Assembly (NCBI GenBank): GCA_964641155.1
Contig: CAZXJO010000001.1
Coordinates: 313,595-377,594 of the forward strand
Origin: an uncultured Desulfurococcaceae archaeon
Lineage (GTDB): Archaea; Thermoproteota; Thermoprotei_A; Sulfolobales; NBVN01
Direction of reading: 5' to 3'
DNA length: 64,000 bases
Both the position numbers and the translations under genes were made by a program. Every line of letters begins with the position of its first letter. The stretch's first letter is position 1. Of this stretch, positions 1 through 11,596 are shown piece by piece. The notes under the pieces are model-generated. The model was not told where the DNA came from. It saw nothing but the letters and a program-made list of their open reading frames with translations, and ran no database searches.

Positions 1-2
1 CA

Positions 3-1190
3 TACACTGGTTACAACATGGAGGACGCATTGATAATTAATAAGTCGTCCATAGAAAGGGGCTTAGCTAGGTCCACGTTCTTCAGAGAGTACTCCACTGA
101 GGAGAGGAAGTACCTCGGGGGTCAGGAGGACCGGATAGAGGTGCCTGACTCAAATGTAAGGGGTTATAGGGGGAGGGACAGCTACGCATTACTTGATGAG
201 GACGGCATAATAGCTCCTGAAGTGGAGGTCTCAGGAGGCCATGCATTGGTGGGTAAGACATCACCGCCCAGGTTCCTTGAGGAGTATAAGGAGTTCGGAA
301 TTGCTGGGGGTTCTAGGAGGGATACCTCGCTGACCTTAAGGTACGGTGAGAGGGGCGTGGTTGACTCTGTGGTGATAACTGTCAGCGGTGAGGGGAATAA
401 GCTGGTGAGGGTCAGGGTGAGGGACCTCAGGATTCCTGAGATAGGTGATAAGTTCGCATCAAGACACGGTCAGAAAGGCGTTATAGGGTTGGCGGTGCCT
501 CAATACGATATGCCCTACACAGTTGATGGGATCACGCCCGACCTCGTGATAAACCCCCACGCGTTGCCGTCCAGGATGACGATCGGGCAGTTAATTGAGT
601 CGATTGCTGGTAAGGTGGCTGCGTTAAGTGGTAGGTTCGTGGATGGTACGTCATTCTACGGTGAGAAGGTTGAGGACCTAAGCAAGGAACTAGTTATCCG
701 TGGTTATCCAGCTGATGGGACGGAGCCCATGTATGACGGTAGGACGGGCGAGCTCATACATACGCCGGTGTTTATAGGGGTGGTTTACTATCAGAGATTG
801 CACCATATGGTTGCTGATAAAATACATGCCAGGCCGAGGGGGCCTGTCCAGATACTGACTAGGCAGCCTACTGAGGGCAGGGCTAGGGAGGGAGGTTTGA
901 GGTTTGGTGAGATGGAGAGGGACTGCATAATAGGTCACGGCGCTGCGGCGTTACTGAGGGAGAGACTCACTGAGAGTTCTGACAAAACAGTGGTTTACGT
1001 ATGTGAGGAATGTGGCCTGATAGGGTGGTATGATAGGAGGAAGGGCAGGTACGTCTGCCCAGTCCACGGTGAAAAAGGCAGGTTACATCCCGTGACCATC
1101 TCTTACGCATTTAAACTGCTTCTCCATGAGTTGATGAGCATGTTAATCTATCCCAAGTTGATCTTGGGAAGCAGGTATGAGGTGAGGTAG
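3..1190 (+). CDS. rpo2: RNA polymerase subunit Rpo2 (B), C-terminal part; gene begins before the window
   Basis: Frame is open from base 3 (TGYNMEDA). Conserved motifs [24 protein letters not shown] and a C-terminal Zn site CEECG...CPVH. Confidence 0.98.
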   Translation, partial: YTGYNMEDALIINKSSIERGLARSTFFREYSTEERKYLGGQEDRIEVPDSNVRGYRGRDSYALLDEDGIIAPEVEVSGGHALVGKTSPPRFLEEYKEFGIAGGSRRDTSLTLRYGERGVVDSVVITVSGEGNKLVRVRVRDLRIPEIGDKFASRHGQKGVIGLAVPQYDMPYTVDGITPDLVINPHALPSRMTIGQLIESIAGKVAALSGRFVDGTSFYGEKVEDLSKELVIRGYPADGTEPMYDGRTGELIHTPVFIGVVYYQRLHHMVADKIHARPRGPVQILTRQPTEGRAREGGLRFGEMERDCIIGHGAAALLRERLTESSDKTVVYVCEECGLIGWYDRRKGRYVCPVHGEKGRLHPVTISYAFKLLLHELMSMLIYPKLILGSRYEVR

Positions 1191-1191
1191 T

Positions 1192-3837
1192 ATGAGTGAG
1201 GAGAAAATCATTAAGGGAATTAAGTTCGGTTTGCTATCCCCCGAGATGATTAGGAAGATCTCAGTTACGGCTATCGTAACTGCGGACGTCTATGATGAGG
1301 ATGGGCTGCCGTTTGAAGGAGGTATAATGGACCCGCGCCTGGGTGTTATTGAGCCGGGTCAGAAGTGCGTTACATGCGGGAACTCAATAATTTCGTGCCC
1401 CGGGCACTTCGGTCATTTAGAGCTTGCTAAGCCCGTCATTCATGTGGGGTTCGTCAAACACATATACAACATTTTAAGGGCAACATGCAGACATTGCGGT
1501 AGGTTGAAGATCCCTGATGAGGAGTTTAATAGGTACTTAGACCTGCTTAAGAGGCTTGAGGGTAGGTGGCCACTACTGGCTAGGAGTCTCACAGACTACG
1601 TTAGGCGGAAAGCGATAAGGGTTATGGAATGCCCTCACTGCGGTAGTAGGCAGTTTAAAATCAAGTTGGAGAAGCCTACGTCATTTATAGAGGAGGGGGG
1701 CGAGGGTCCTAGGAGGCTCTGGCCTACGGACGTCCGCGCCAGGTTGGAGAGGGTTAGTGATAGGGACTTAAGGTTGATGGGTTACGATCCGGAGCTGGCG
1801 AGGCCTGAGTGGATGGTTATAACGGTGCTTCCAGTACCGCCCATAAGTGTTAGGCCCTCAATACTTTTAGAGACGGGTATCAGGTCTGAGGACGACTTAA
1901 CCCATAAACTCGTGGACATCATTAGAACCAACGATAGGTTGAGGGAGAGCATAAATGCAGGAGCTCCTGAGGTAATAATCGAGGATCTATGGGACTTACT
2001 CCAATATCACGTAACCACGTATTTCGATAACGAAGTTCCGGGGGTCCCACCAGCTAAGCATAGGTCTGGGAGGGCCTTGAGGACTTTAGCTCAAAGGCTT
2101 AGGGGGAAGGAGGGTAGGTTTAGAGGTAACCTATCAGGTAAACGTGTGGACTTCTCTGCCAGAACGGTGATAAGCCCTGACCCCAACTTAAGCATTAACG
2201 AGGTTGGGGTCCCTGAGGAAGTAGCTAAGGTGCTCACCGTGCCTGAGCGTGTCACGCGGTGGAACCTAGAGGAGTTGAGGATGCATGTGTTGAACGGCCC
2301 TTACAGGCATCCGGGAGCGAATTACGTAATAGACCCTAATGGGAGGAGGATAGATTTGAGGTACATTAAGGATTTGAAGGCGATTGCCGAAAACTTAAAG
2401 CCCGGTTACATAGTTGAGAGGCATTTGAAGGACGGTGACATAGTGCTGTTTAATAGGCAACCCTCACTACATAGGATGTCGATCATGGCACACATCGTTA
2501 AGGTATTGCCGGGCAGGACATTCAGGCTGCATCTAGCGGTGTGCCCGCCCTACAACGCGGACTTCGACGGTGATGAGATGAACCTCCACGTACCTCAGAG
2601 CGAGGAAGCCAGGGCTGAGGCCAGGGTCTTACTCCTCGTACAGGAACACGTCCTATCGCCAAGGTATGGAGGGCCTATAATAGGCGGTATCCAAGACTAC
2701 ATAAGTGGTGCCTACTTACTCTCATCTAAGACTACCTTACTGACTAAGGAGCAGGTATCAGAGTTGCTCTCAGGCTCTGGTTATGAAGGACCCATACCGG
2801 AGCCGGCTGTTCTATCGCCGAAGGTTTTGTGGAGTGGGAAGCAGATTATAACTCTACTCCTCCCGGCAGACTTCAACTTCAAGGGAAGGGCTAACATATC
2901 TGCAGGGCCTCTAAGGTGTGATGATTATAAGTGCTTCTGGGATTCCTACGTGGTCGTTAAGAGGGGTAAGCTGTTGATGGGTGTTCTTGATAAGAAGACT
3001 TTAGGTGCGCAGCAATCTGAGAGCCTACTTCACTGGATCACTAGGGAATACGGGAATGATTTCGGCAGGAAATTCATGGACAGTATATTCAAGATCTTCT
3101 TGAGGTTTATTGAGATGCGTGGCTTCACGATGTCGTTGAAGGACGTAACGCCTCCTCCTAAGGCTGTGGAGGAAATCAATAACGTGATAGAGGAAGCTAA
3201 GAAAAAGGTGTTCGAACTAGTTGAGCAGTATAGGGAGGGTAAGTTGGAGCCTATCCCGGGTAGGACTATGGAGGAATCGCTTGAGATCAGGATCATGGAG
3301 GTGTTAGCTGACGCCAGAGATAGTGCTGGTGAGATAGCTACTCGATATTTGGATCCGTTCAACAACGTCTTCATTATGGCGAGAACTGGCGCGAGGGGTA
3401 ACATACTTAACATCACGCAGATGGCGGCGCTCCTCGGACAACAATCGGTTAGAGGTGAGAGGATTAGGAGGGGATACGACCAGAGGACGTTACCTCACTT
3501 CAAGCCAGGCGACATGGGCCCTGAGGCGAGGGGGTTTGTCAGGAATTCCTTCGTTAAAGGACTAACACCTGTTGAGATGTTCTTCCACGCAGCGGGAGGT
3601 CGTGAAGGACTGGTGGACACTGCTGTGAGGACCTCCCAGAGCGGCTACATGCAGAGGAGGTTAATAAACGCCTTGCAAGACCTCAGAGTGGACTACGACT
3701 TAACTGTGAGGACTCCTAATAACTCCATAGTTCAGTTCACATACGGTGATGACGGCGTTGATCCCAGCAAGTCATCGTATGGAAGCGCTGTCAACATAGA
3801 CAGAATTATTGAGAGAGTTATCGGGTGGAGGCTATGA
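1192..3837 (+). CDS. rpo1N: RNA polymerase subunit Rpo1N (A')
   Basis: Catalytic NADFDGD motif, N-terminal Zn-binding [23 protein letters not shown] bridge helix, operon position. Confidence 0.99.
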   Translation: MSEEKIIKGIKFGLLSPEMIRKISVTAIVTADVYDEDGLPFEGGIMDPRLGVIEPGQKCVTCGNSIISCPGHFGHLELAKPVIHVGFVKHIYNILRATCRHCGRLKIPDEEFNRYLDLLKRLEGRWPLLARSLTDYVRRKAIRVMECPHCGSRQFKIKLEKPTSFIEEGGEGPRRLWPTDVRARLERVSDRDLRLMGYDPELARPEWMVITVLPVPPISVRPSILLETGIRSEDDLTHKLVDIIRTNDRLRESINAGAPEVIIEDLWDLLQYHVTTYFDNEVPGVPPAKHRSGRALRTLAQRLRGKEGRFRGNLSGKRVDFSARTVISPDPNLSINEVGVPEEVAKVLTVPERVTRWNLEELRMHVLNGPYRHPGANYVIDPNGRRIDLRYIKDLKAIAENLKPGYIVERHLKDGDIVLFNRQPSLHRMSIMAHIVKVLPGRTFRLHLAVCPPYNADFDGDEMNLHVPQSEEARAEARVLLLVQEHVLSPRYGGPIIGGIQDYISGAYLLSSKTTLLTKEQVSELLSGSGYEGPIPEPAVLSPKVLWSGKQIITLLLPADFNFKGRANISAGPLRCDDYKCFWDSYVVVKRGKLLMGVLDKKTLGAQQSESLLHWITREYGNDFGRKFMDSIFKIFLRFIEMRGFTMSLKDVTPPPKAVEEINNVIEEAKKKVFELVEQYREGKLEPIPGRTMEESLEIRIMEVLADARDSAGEIATRYLDPFNNVFIMARTGARGNILNITQMAALLGQQSVRGERIRRGYDQRTLPHFKPGDMGPEARGFVRNSFVKGLTPVEMFFHAAGGREGLVDTAVRTSQSGYMQRRLINALQDLRVDYDLTVRTPNNSIVQFTYGDDGVDPSKSSYGSAVNIDRIIERVIGWRL

Positions 3838-5015
3838 ACGCGACTGAGGAAGAACTACTTGAAATATTGGAGCCGGCTAAGCAAGTGCTCCCACCTAAAA
3901 TATATAACGAACTCTACGAGAAGGTGAAGGGATTACCCCTCACTAAGGAGGAGCTACGCAGGATAGCAGACCTAACAGTTAATGAGTACTTAAATGCTTT
4001 AGTGGAGCCTGGGGAGCCCATAGGCACTGTTGCGGCGCAGTCTGTTGGTGAACCCGGCACGCAGATGACTTTACGAACGTTCCACTACGCTGGTGTTAGG
4101 GAGTTAAACGTCACCTTAGGACTTCCAAGACTTATCGAGTTGGTTGACGCTAGGAAGTTACCTGAAACCCCCATAATGGTCATACATCTGGATGAGGAGC
4201 ATAGGTATGAGAGGGAGAGGGCATTAGAGGTTGCTAGGAGGATAGAAGCGACGAGGCTTGAGAACGTGATCGCTAGGATCGATATAGATCTAGTGACGTC
4301 ATCCATAATAATAGACTTGGACCCTGAGATGATGAAGGATAAAGGTGTTACGTCTGCTGACGTCGTTAAGGCATTGAGTAAGGTTAAGGCCGTATCTCAG
4401 GGGGTGAGGGTTGATGAAGACGATGGGAATAGGATTTACGTGGAGTTACCGTCGAATTATGACTTCATGAAGATTCAGAAACTACGTGATAGGATCCTGA
4501 AGATTAAGCTGAAAGGTATTAAAGGGATCAACAGGGTTATAGTTCAGAGGAGGGGTAATGAATACGTGCTGATAACTGATGGCACCAACTTGGATGCAGT
4601 TCTCAAGGTGGACGGAGTAGATCCAAGGAGGGTCTTCACTAACAGTATATATGAGGTTGAAAACGTGCTTGGCATTGAGGCCGCCAGACAGGCATTAATT
4701 AACGAAATACATAACGTCCTCGAGGAGCAGGGACTGGACGTGGATATGAGGCATGTGATGTTGGTTGCCGATATGATGACCTTAACAGGCACTGTGAAGC
4801 AGATTGGGAGGCACGGCATAGCTGGTGAGAAGACCAGTGTCCTCGCCAGAGCCTCGTTCGAGGTAACTGTTAAGCACCTCTTCGATGCGTCGGCTAGAGG
4901 GGAATTAGATGAGCTTAAAGGCGTTGCGGAGAATGTAATTATAGGGCAGCTAGCCCCTGTAGGTACGAACCTAGTCAACCTGGCAATGAATCCCACACTG
5001 GCTAGGTCTAAGTGA
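3834..5015 (+). CDS. rpo1C: RNA polymerase subunit Rpo1C (A'')
   Basis: [13 protein letters not shown] trigger loop, GLPRL, RASFE. ATG at 3834 overlaps the rpo1N stop (ATGA). Confidence 0.99.
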   Translation: MNATEEELLEILEPAKQVLPPKIYNELYEKVKGLPLTKEELRRIADLTVNEYLNALVEPGEPIGTVAAQSVGEPGTQMTLRTFHYAGVRELNVTLGLPRLIELVDARKLPETPIMVIHLDEEHRYERERALEVARRIEATRLENVIARIDIDLVTSSIIIDLDPEMMKDKGVTSADVVKALSKVKAVSQGVRVDEDDGNRIYVELPSNYDFMKIQKLRDRILKIKLKGIKGINRVIVQRRGNEYVLITDGTNLDAVLKVDGVDPRRVFTNSIYEVENVLGIEAARQALINEIHNVLEEQGLDVDMRHVMLVADMMTLTGTVKQIGRHGIAGEKTSVLARASFEVTVKHLFDASARGELDELKGVAENVIIGQLAPVGTNLVNLAMNPTLARSK

Positions 5016-5026
5016 GGTGGTAAGAA

Positions 5027-5344
5027 GTGTCAACAATATCAAAGGAACTGGAAAACGAGATAAAGAACGTGTTAAAGTCAGGCAAGGCAGTACTAGGTTT
5101 CAACAGGTCTTTGAAGGCTATTATGTTGGGTAAGGCCAAAGCCGTAGTGGTGGCAAGTAAGATACCTAAGAGCTACGACGACGACATTAGGAGGTATGCC
5201 AGCCTAAGCAACATACCGGTGATAAACTTCACAGGTAGTAGTAGGGACTTAGGGTTGGTTTGTGGTAAGCCCTTCCCGGTAACGGTCATTGCGATATTAG
5301 ATTTGGGGGGTAGTAGGTTATTAGAATTCATGCATTCGGGGTGA
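5027..5344 (+). CDS. rpl30e: 50S ribosomal protein L30e
   Basis: L7Ae/L30e family pattern (G.S.DLG.VCGKPF.V); canonical position after rpo1C. Confidence 0.95.
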   Translation: MSTISKELENEIKNVLKSGKAVLGFNRSLKAIMLGKAKAVVVASKIPKSYDDDIRRYASLSNIPVINFTGSSRDLGLVCGKPFPVTVIAILDLGGSRLLEFMHSG

Positions 5345-5350
5345 TGAGGA

Positions 5351-5785
5351 GTGCCTGAAGTTAAAATAACATCAGACGAGTTAAGGTACATAGCGTTGCT
5401 CCAGGACCTCACAGGTGTTTCAGTACATGACTGCATAGTGGATGAGGAGAGTAACTCCATAATCTACATCGTATCGCCTGGGCAAGCAGGGCTGGCGGTG
5501 GGTAAGGGTGGCATTAACGTTAAGAGGCTGTCTAAAATCCTAGGTAAGAGGGTTGAAGTGATCGAATACGCGGACAATCTCGAGGACTTAGTCCGTAACA
5601 TCTTCCTCCCGGCTAGGGTTTTAAGCACTCGATTAGTTACTTCATTGAACGGTAAGAAGGTACTTTACGTTGCCGTAGACCCCAAGGACAAGGGAGTTGC
5701 TATAGGTAAGGATGGCAGGAACGTGGCTAAGGCTAAGTTAGTGTTGAAGAGGTATTACGACATTGAGTCCGTCAGCATCGTTTGA
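5351..5785 (+). CDS. nusA: Archaeal NusA (two KH domains)
   Basis: Two KH GxxG loops (AVGKGG, AIGKDG); canonical operon position. Confidence 0.96.
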   Translation: MPEVKITSDELRYIALLQDLTGVSVHDCIVDEESNSIIYIVSPGQAGLAVGKGGINVKRLSKILGKRVEVIEYADNLEDLVRNIFLPARVLSTRLVTSLNGKKVLYVAVDPKDKGVAIGKDGRNVAKAKLVLKRYYDIESVSIV

Positions 5786-5832
5786 TAAATTTTTAAAGTA
5801 CAGTAGCAAGAATCCCTAAAGGTAGTTAAGTA

Positions 5833-6276
5833 ATGCCGGGTAAGAAAGCACCAAGCGGTCTGTACGCGGCTAGAAAACTATCGATGAAGAGACTTAAATT
5901 TAGGTGGAGTCAGAGGGAGTTCAGGGTTAGGATGATGAAGATTAAGGAAAAGTACGATCCCTTGGAAGGCTCCCCAATGGCTAGGGGCATAGTCCTAGAG
6001 AAAGTCGGTGTTGAATCACGTCAACCCAATTCAGCCCTTAGAAAGTGTGTGAGGGTTCAGTTAGTTAAGAACGGGAAGGTGGTGACGGCGTTCGTCCCCT
6101 ACGACGGTGGTATAACCTTCATAGATGAACATGATGAGGTGTTAATCGCAGGTATAGGTGGTACTAGGGGCAAGTCCATGGGTGACTTACCTGGGGTTAG
6201 GTATAAGGTCATAGCAGTTAACGGGGTCTCCTTAACTGAGCTGTTAAAGGGGAAGAAGCAGAAACCCGTTAGGTAG
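5833..6276 (+). CDS. rps12: 30S ribosomal protein S12 (uS12)
   Basis: [16 protein letters not shown] and [10 protein letters not shown] motifs. Confidence 0.99.
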   Translation: MPGKKAPSGLYAARKLSMKRLKFRWSQREFRVRMMKIKEKYDPLEGSPMARGIVLEKVGVESRQPNSALRKCVRVQLVKNGKVVTAFVPYDGGITFIDEHDEVLIAGIGGTRGKSMGDLPGVRYKVIAVNGVSLTELLKGKKQKPVR

Positions 6277-6291
6277 TCAGGGTGCTAGGTC

Positions 6292-6891
6292 ATGAGCGTT
6301 CAATCAGACACTGCTAACTCACCACCAGCACCTCTTTTGGTGTTCGGTAAGTGGTCATATGAGGGGGTTGTGGTCAGAGACCCAAGCCTTAAGAAGTACA
6401 TATCGTTGAAGCCTGTCTACCTACCGCATACTGGTGGGAGACATGAACATAGAAGGTTCGGTAAGGCGGAGACACCCATCGTTGAGAGGCTGATCAACAA
6501 GCTTATGAGGCCTGGAAGGAACACCGGTAAGAAACACCTAGCCTACAACATAGTTAAAACGTCTTTCGAGTTAGTGAACTTGAGGACTGGTGAGAACCCT
6601 CTCCAAGTGCTTGTGAGGGCTGTGGAGAACGCGGCCCCACGTGAGGAGACGACTAGAATAATGTATGGTGGTATAATTTATCACGTAGCTGTTGATGTCT
6701 CACCGCAGAGAAGGGTTGACATAGCTCTGAAGAACTTAGTTGACGGGGCTAGGTTAGCATCCTTTAGGAGTCAGAAATCTATTGAGGAATGTTTGGCGGA
6801 CGAGCTAATCGCTGCAGCCAACAACGACCCTAAGAGCTATGCCATTGCTAAGAAAGAAGAAGTTGAGAGGATAGCGCTAAGTTCCAGGTAG
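6292..6891 (+). CDS. rps7: 30S ribosomal protein S7 (uS7)
   Basis: [22 protein letters not shown]-terminal ERIALSSR. Confidence 0.98.
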   Translation: MSVQSDTANSPPAPLLVFGKWSYEGVVVRDPSLKKYISLKPVYLPHTGGRHEHRRFGKAETPIVERLINKLMRPGRNTGKKHLAYNIVKTSFELVNLRTGENPLQVLVRAVENAAPREETTRIMYGGIIYHVAVDVSPQRRVDIALKNLVDGARLASFRSQKSIEECLADELIAAANNDPKSYAIAKKEEVERIALSSR

Positions 6892-6928
6892 TGACTTTTT
6901 AAACCGCCACCCGCGTCGGTAGTACGTT

Positions 6929-7312
6929 ATGGGAAGGATTAAATCTTTAGTTAAGATTGATGATAAGGGAAGGGTGACGATACCACAACATATTAGGGAG
7001 CCCTTAGGCGTAGGTCCGGGGATGTATTTCGAGGTTGTAGCTGATTTGGAGGGGAGGCAAATAGTCTTGAAGCCCTTGTTTAGGGGGAGGGCTGAAGGTG
7101 TGACTGTTGAAGTTAGGGTGAGGCTTAATGAGATTAAGGAAGTGGAGGGAATAATTAACAAATGTGTTGACGGTGGATATGATGTGATCTCATTAAACTG
7201 CTTATATGGTGAGGCATACGAATGCACGTTAAACATATACGCGATAGATGATGCTCAGGCAAGTAAGTTGAGGGAACTTCTAAGCGAGTATGAAGTGGTT
7301 ATAAATCCCTAA
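6929..7312 (+). CDS. AbrB/MazE/SpoVT-family DNA-binding protein with an extra C-terminal alpha/beta (possibly ACT-like) domain
   Basis: N-terminal VKIDDKGRVTIPQHIRE.LG swapped-hairpin motif. Confidence 0.8.
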   Translation: MGRIKSLVKIDDKGRVTIPQHIREPLGVGPGMYFEVVADLEGRQIVLKPLFRGRAEGVTVEVRVRLNEIKEVEGIINKCVDGGYDVISLNCLYGEAYECTLNIYAIDDAQASKLRELLSEYEVVINP

Positions 7313-7453
7313 GCGTTAACGTCTAAGACGTTCCGCCGCTGTATTTCCTGTTGGAGCCATAGGTGTCCGGGCTCCACATCCGGGCGTAGATGGCGTTGAA
7401 CTCATAACGTTTATAACTTCACCCGTTATTCATAATTCGGAGGTTGAATTACA

Positions 7454-8662
7454 ATGTATCTAGTCCATAGGTTAATTACAACCCCGACGTTCTTCTACAT
7501 GCCTAAGAGGGTGGTGTTCGAGGTAAACGGCGCTCTGAAATTGAGCAACGAACTCCAACTACTAGGAATTGAGAAAGGGTCTAAGGTCCTCCTAGTCCTA
7601 GACCCAGCCATTAAGGGTTTGGAACACACTGTTAAGACCCTTAAGAGCTTGGAGGAGGGCGGTTACTCAGTTGATGTGTACACTGATGTGGAGTACGAGC
7701 CCAGCATAGATTGTTTGAGGAGGGCGGCCAGCTATATAAGGAAGGACAGCTTTAAGGCGGTGATAGGTATTGGAGGCGGTTCTACGTTGGACATAGCTAA
7801 GGTCAGTGCTGCGGCTAAGGACAACCCGGATAAGGATGTTGAGGAGTTCATAGGTATGGACAAGATACCTAAGAGGTTGACTCCAGTTATAACCTTACCG
7901 ACCACGGCCGGAACAGCCTCCGAAGTGAGCAGATACACAGTGTTCACTAAGGGTGTGGGTAAGGTAGGGATTAACGGTTACAACGTCATCCCGGACATAG
8001 CTGTAGTAGATCCTGTTTTCACTTACACTCTGCCCGCTAAAGTTACTGCCGGCACGGGTCTTGACGCATTAAGTCATGCTGTAGAAGGTATGATATCCTT
8101 AGATGCTACTCCGATGTCAGACGCGCTAGGACTTGTATCAGTTGAACTGGTGTTCAAGTATTTGAGGAGGGCCTACTATAAAGGCAGCGATGCTGAGGCG
8201 AGGTACTTCATGTCATTGGCGGCTACATCTGCAGGAGCACCGCTGAACATCGGAAGGACTGTTCTGGGACACAGTATTTCGCAGACGTTCGGCCCGCAGT
8301 TCAAGGTACATCACGGAACAGCCTGCGGTATGGCGTTACCATATGTAATGGAGTTCTACCTACCGGCGGTGCCGGAGAAGTTAGCTGCGATAGCTAAGGC
8401 TGCTGGTGTGGACACCGCCAAACTAGGGGTCAGGGAAGCGGCCGAGGAAGCTGTGAAAGTAACTTGGAAACTTGTTGAGGACTTAGACGTACCCCTAAGC
8501 CTGAGGGACGTGGGTATTTCGAAGTCGGAGCTAGAAACCCTCGCGGAAAGAAGTGTTAAGGAGTGGCCGAGACCTAACAGCCCCATAGAGCTCACCAAGG
8601 AGAGAGTCCTTAAAGTAGTTGAAGCCATGTATGAAGGAAGGCTGATGAAGATCAAGTTGTGA
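7454..8662 (+). CDS. Iron-containing (family III) alcohol dehydrogenase
   Basis: GGGSTLD, PTTAGTASE, DALSHAVE, HSI...HHG metal ligands; GGAGG Shine-Dalgarno upstream. Confidence 0.92.
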   Translation: MYLVHRLITTPTFFYMPKRVVFEVNGALKLSNELQLLGIEKGSKVLLVLDPAIKGLEHTVKTLKSLEEGGYSVDVYTDVEYEPSIDCLRRAASYIRKDSFKAVIGIGGGSTLDIAKVSAAAKDNPDKDVEEFIGMDKIPKRLTPVITLPTTAGTASEVSRYTVFTKGVGKVGINGYNVIPDIAVVDPVFTYTLPAKVTAGTGLDALSHAVEGMISLDATPMSDALGLVSVELVFKYLRRAYYKGSDAEARYFMSLAATSAGAPLNIGRTVLGHSISQTFGPQFKVHHGTACGMALPYVMEFYLPAVPEKLAAIAKAAGVDTAKLGVREAAEEAVKVTWKLVEDLDVPLSLRDVGISKSELETLAERSVKEWPRPNSPIELTKERVLKVVEAMYEGRLMKIKL

Positions 8663-8825
8663 GTACATAATTGAAACCTTCAAACCCATTTGTTTTTCTG
8701 TACGTAGGGACTCACAACTTCTGACAACTTAGGACGATCACCAATTACTACATGCATGCCTCAGGAACTTATTTAAAAGTTATTGATGTAAAAATCTTCG
8801 TTTAGTTTCTGTTAACATGGAGGGG

Positions 8826-9053
8826 TTAGCTCGTTGATATTGAGAATGTAGGACACGAGTTCTTAGCGGTTTCAACGCAGTCCCTTAGCGATTCCTCCAC
8901 CTCGCCCTCAGTCACTTTGCCCCCTACTCTAGATTGCGCTACTATCTGAGACTTCCCGTCTTCTCCAGCCTCGAAGACCTGTGGGCATAGTGAGTAACAT
9001 ACGCCGCACGCAATGCATGTTTCCTGATTTATACTGACCTTAAATGATGCCAT
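8826..9053 (-). CDS. Single-cluster [4Fe-4S] ferredoxin
   Basis: CIACGVCYSLCP plus a distal C and CP; 75 aa. Confidence 0.9.
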   Translation of the reverse strand: MASFKVSINQETCIACGVCYSLCPQVFEAGEDGKSQIVAQSRVGGKVTEGEVEESLRDCVETAKNSCPTFSISTS

Positions 9054-9161
9054 ACCGGCTACCTCACTCTATTAAATGAAGGGTTGGTAAAATAAATTTT
9101 ACCTTCGGTAAGCTAATAGCGCTCTAAAATTTAAAAGGTGTTAGTATTAACTAATTACTCG

Positions 9162-9235
9162 GGGCCCGTAGCTCAGCCAGGTAGAGCGCCGGGCTCATAA
9201 CCCGGTGGTCCGGGGTTCGAATCCCCGCGGGCCCA
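9162..9235 (+). tRNA. tRNA with CAT anticodon, probably tRNA-Ile2 (agmatidine-modified) rather than Met
   Basis: Cloverleaf: GGGCCCG/CGGGCCC acceptor, CCGGG-CTCATAA-CCCGG anticodon arm (CAT at 9196-9198), GTTCGAATC T loop. The GGGCCC acceptor matches archaeal Ile2 as recalled. An elongator-type Met is present elsewhere (42621-42710). Confidence 0.9.
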
Positions 9236-9241
9236 CTATGA

Positions 9242-10156
9242 TTAAGCCGTAGAGGTTAGGAGCCTGAACTTCTCAAGCAGTTTAAGGGAGTCCTCGGCGA
9301 GTAGGTAGATGAGGTGTTCTAATCCCGGAGGTCCTAGATCTATGATGGCGTCCGGACAGATCTTCAACCTACTTAACTCGTTAGAAACCAACGAGAGCAC
9401 CGTTTCAAGTGACCTGCTTTCATAAGGCCCTATGGTAACTACGTTTAATTTAAGCTTCCTTATGCGGTCTTCGATCTCCTTCGAATACTTTATGTTCGCA
9501 GCGCTTCTGATGTTCGGAAAGTACTTCATAACTTCCAGCAGGAGTGATGCCATGAACTTACTGCTGCCGTAAGTGGGCTCTGAGACAGCTCTAACTGTGT
9601 TGAATACCTTAACAACCCGTCCAGGTATCCCAACAACCTCAGAAATGGACCTCGCATTAGGTCTGGCCTCAACTATGTTCATCCCGACCTCGGGGACTAA
9701 CATTTGTACGTTCTGCATGACCTCTAAATTCTCCAAAACGTACTTAACCCTCTGAACTATTTCATCACTGACCCCAGGAGTTAAGTAGTGACATATGTTA
9801 CAGTTTCCGAGTCCACGTACTAAGGTCCTGTGCGCCTTACACAGCCTGCCTTCCTTGAGCTTAGTCAGCAGGAATATGGTTAAATATGATGTGGCGTCCC
9901 CTAACCTCTTACCCAGAATGTAGTTGGCGACTACCTCAGCCACGCTCTCCACCTCACCCTCATCAATACCCAACCCCCTGAGCTTACTTATGTAGTACTG
10001 CGGGGGCTTTGAGAGGTACTTAGATACGAGTGCCTGCGACACGTATAAGGCCCTAGCTATTTGCCTCTGACTTAACCCCCTACCACTCAAGTTCCAAGCT
10101 ACCAACCCCTTAATGTAAGGTAGAACACTGTTTACGGCGTCGAATGGGGTTGACAT
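9242..10156 (-). CDS. HTH + thiamine-phosphate synthase (ThiN)-like domain protein (ThiR-like regulator)
   Basis: N-terminal HTH (LSQRQIARALYVSQALVSKYL), CKAH/CNIC motif, C-terminal ThiN-like segment (LVPEVGMNIV, GIPGRVV, RSAANIKY). Confidence 0.75.
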   Translation of the reverse strand: MSTPFDAVNSVLPYIKGLVAWNLSGRGLSQRQIARALYVSQALVSKYLSKPPQYYISKLRGLGIDEGEVESVAEVVANYILGKRLGDATSYLTIFLLTKLKEGRLCKAHRTLVRGLGNCNICHYLTPGVSDEIVQRVKYVLENLEVMQNVQMLVPEVGMNIVEARPNARSISEVVGIPGRVVKVFNTVRAVSEPTYGSSKFMASLLLEVMKYFPNIRSAANIKYSKEIEDRIRKLKLNVVTIGPYESRSLETVLSLVSNELSRLKICPDAIIDLGPPGLEHLIYLLAEDSLKLLEKFRLLTSTA

Positions 10157-10176
10157 TAAGGCACCGGCGTATCAGT

Positions 10177-11088
10177 TCATTGCGGAACGTCTAACTTCAA
10201 ATACGTTGTCAGTTCTTTATACCTATTCCTAACGGTTACTTCCGTGACTCCAGCTACTTGAGCTACGTCTTTCTGGGTCCTTCTCTCGTCAAGCATTTGA
10301 GCCGCTATGTATACCGCAGCTGCTGCAAGTCCCGCTGGGTCCTTACCGGCGGTAAGCCCAGCCTCCTTAGCCTTCTCTATTAGTTCCGATGCCTTCTTAA
10401 CGACACTGCCGCTTAAACCTAGGGCTGAGGCGATCCTAGGCACGAAGTCGGTGGGGTCGGATATGGGTATCTTGATGCTTAGTTCCCTTACCAACAACCT
10501 ATAACATCTGGCGACCTCCTTCTTGCTGGTCTTGGTGTATTGTGAGATCTCATCCAAAGTCCTAGGTATTTTATAAACCCTGCATGCGACGTATAGCGCG
10601 GCGGCAACGATCGATTCTATAGCCCTCCCCCTAACAGCACCCCTTTCGACAGCCTTCCTGTAAATAGATGCTGCATGTTCTTTAACAGCCCTAGGAAGAC
10701 CTAACTGGTCAGCGATCCTCTCAAGTTCGGCGGCAGCCTGAGTTATGTTCCTATCAATGCTGTCCTGAATCCTAGTCCTGATCTGCCACTTCCTCCACCT
10801 CATGACCTCCAACCTCCTCTTAATCTCCAACCTCTTACCCATAGCGTCCCTGTCCCTCCAATCAATGACTGTTGAGAGTCCGCCATCGTGGATGGTAGGC
10901 GATAAGGGTGATCCGGTCCTACTCCTCCTATCCCTCTCCTCGGGCGTGAATGCCCTCCACTCAGGACCCTGATCTATGACCCTCTCCTCAATAACCTCAC
11001 CGGTGTTTAGACAAATGTATTCACCCCTACTCTCATCGTAAATTATTTTATCAGGTGGGCATTTGGAATCTACAACCTTCTCAGGCAT
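10177..11088 (-). CDS. tfb: Transcription initiation factor IIB (TFB)
   Basis: GPEWRAF B-reader, two cyclin repeats (RGR.IES..AA.LY; [12 protein letters not shown]; [15 protein letters not shown]). ATG at 11088 is preceded by the GTGAGG SD. Confidence 0.98.
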   Translation of the reverse strand: MPEKVVDSKCPPDKIIYDESRGEYICLNTGEVIEERVIDQGPEWRAFTPEERDRRSRTGSPLSPTIHDGGLSTVIDWRDRDAMGKRLEIKRRLEVMRWRKWQIRTRIQDSIDRNITQAAAELERIADQLGLPRAVKEHAASIYRKAVERGAVRGRAIESIVAAALYVACRVYKIPRTLDEISQYTKTSKKEVARCYRLLVRELSIKIPISDPTDFVPRIASALGLSGSVVKKASELIEKAKEAGLTAGKDPAGLAAAAVYIAAQMLDERRTQKDVAQVAGVTEVTVRNRYKELTTYLKLDVPQ

Positions 11089-11214
11089 AGACCTCACCTC
11101 ACATAAGGTACATTTTTAAACCTTACTGCCTTTTAAACTTTACGTCCCGCCGCTTATAAGTATTAATGAAAAATAATGAACACTTAAAAACATGCAACCT
11201 AGAAAATTACGGAA

Positions 11215-11292
11215 GCCGCCGTAGCTCAGCCCGGTATGAGCGCCGGCCTTGTAAGCCGGTGGTCGCGGGTTCGAATCCCGCCGGCGGCTCCA
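11215..11292 (+). tRNA. tRNA-Thr(TGT), CCA encoded
   Basis: GCCGCCG/CGGCGGC acceptor, CCGGC-CTTGTAA-GCCGG anticodon arm, GTTCGAATC, T73-CCA. Confidence 0.97.
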
Positions 11293-11596
11293 CACCGCTA
11301 GGCGGATATGCACGTCACTGGTATTTAACATCCTTAACGTCTAGGCAGTTGTGGCTGGGAGGCTCATCACTTACATCGAAGACGTATGACTTGCGGACCT
11401 CCGTCCACGCTTCCGGCAACAATATCCAGAAGGGTCGACCTTTTCTCGGCGGCTGTGACTGTTGAAGCTCCCGACAGCGGATAAGAGCAATCTTTAGGCA
11501 CCTAAGTTGAGTGCTGTGTCCGTCTATACATCATATACCTCTAGACACTCCAGTGAACCCAAACTTCTAAGGAGGGCAAGTTCTCAGTAACTGCAC

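Noticed and set aside
7335-7400. GGAGCC/GGCTCC hairpin followed by ACA
   Set aside because: The stem is short, with no pseudouridylation pocket or K-turn; compatible with chance.
11315-11370. Weak C/D-like pattern on the minus strand (GTGATGA...GTGA)
   Set aside because: The D box is non-canonical and no convincing D'/C' pair was found.
11140-11465. ORFs 11140-11331 (-) and 11166-11465 (+)
   Set aside because: They overlap tRNA-Thr(TGT); no protein motifs.
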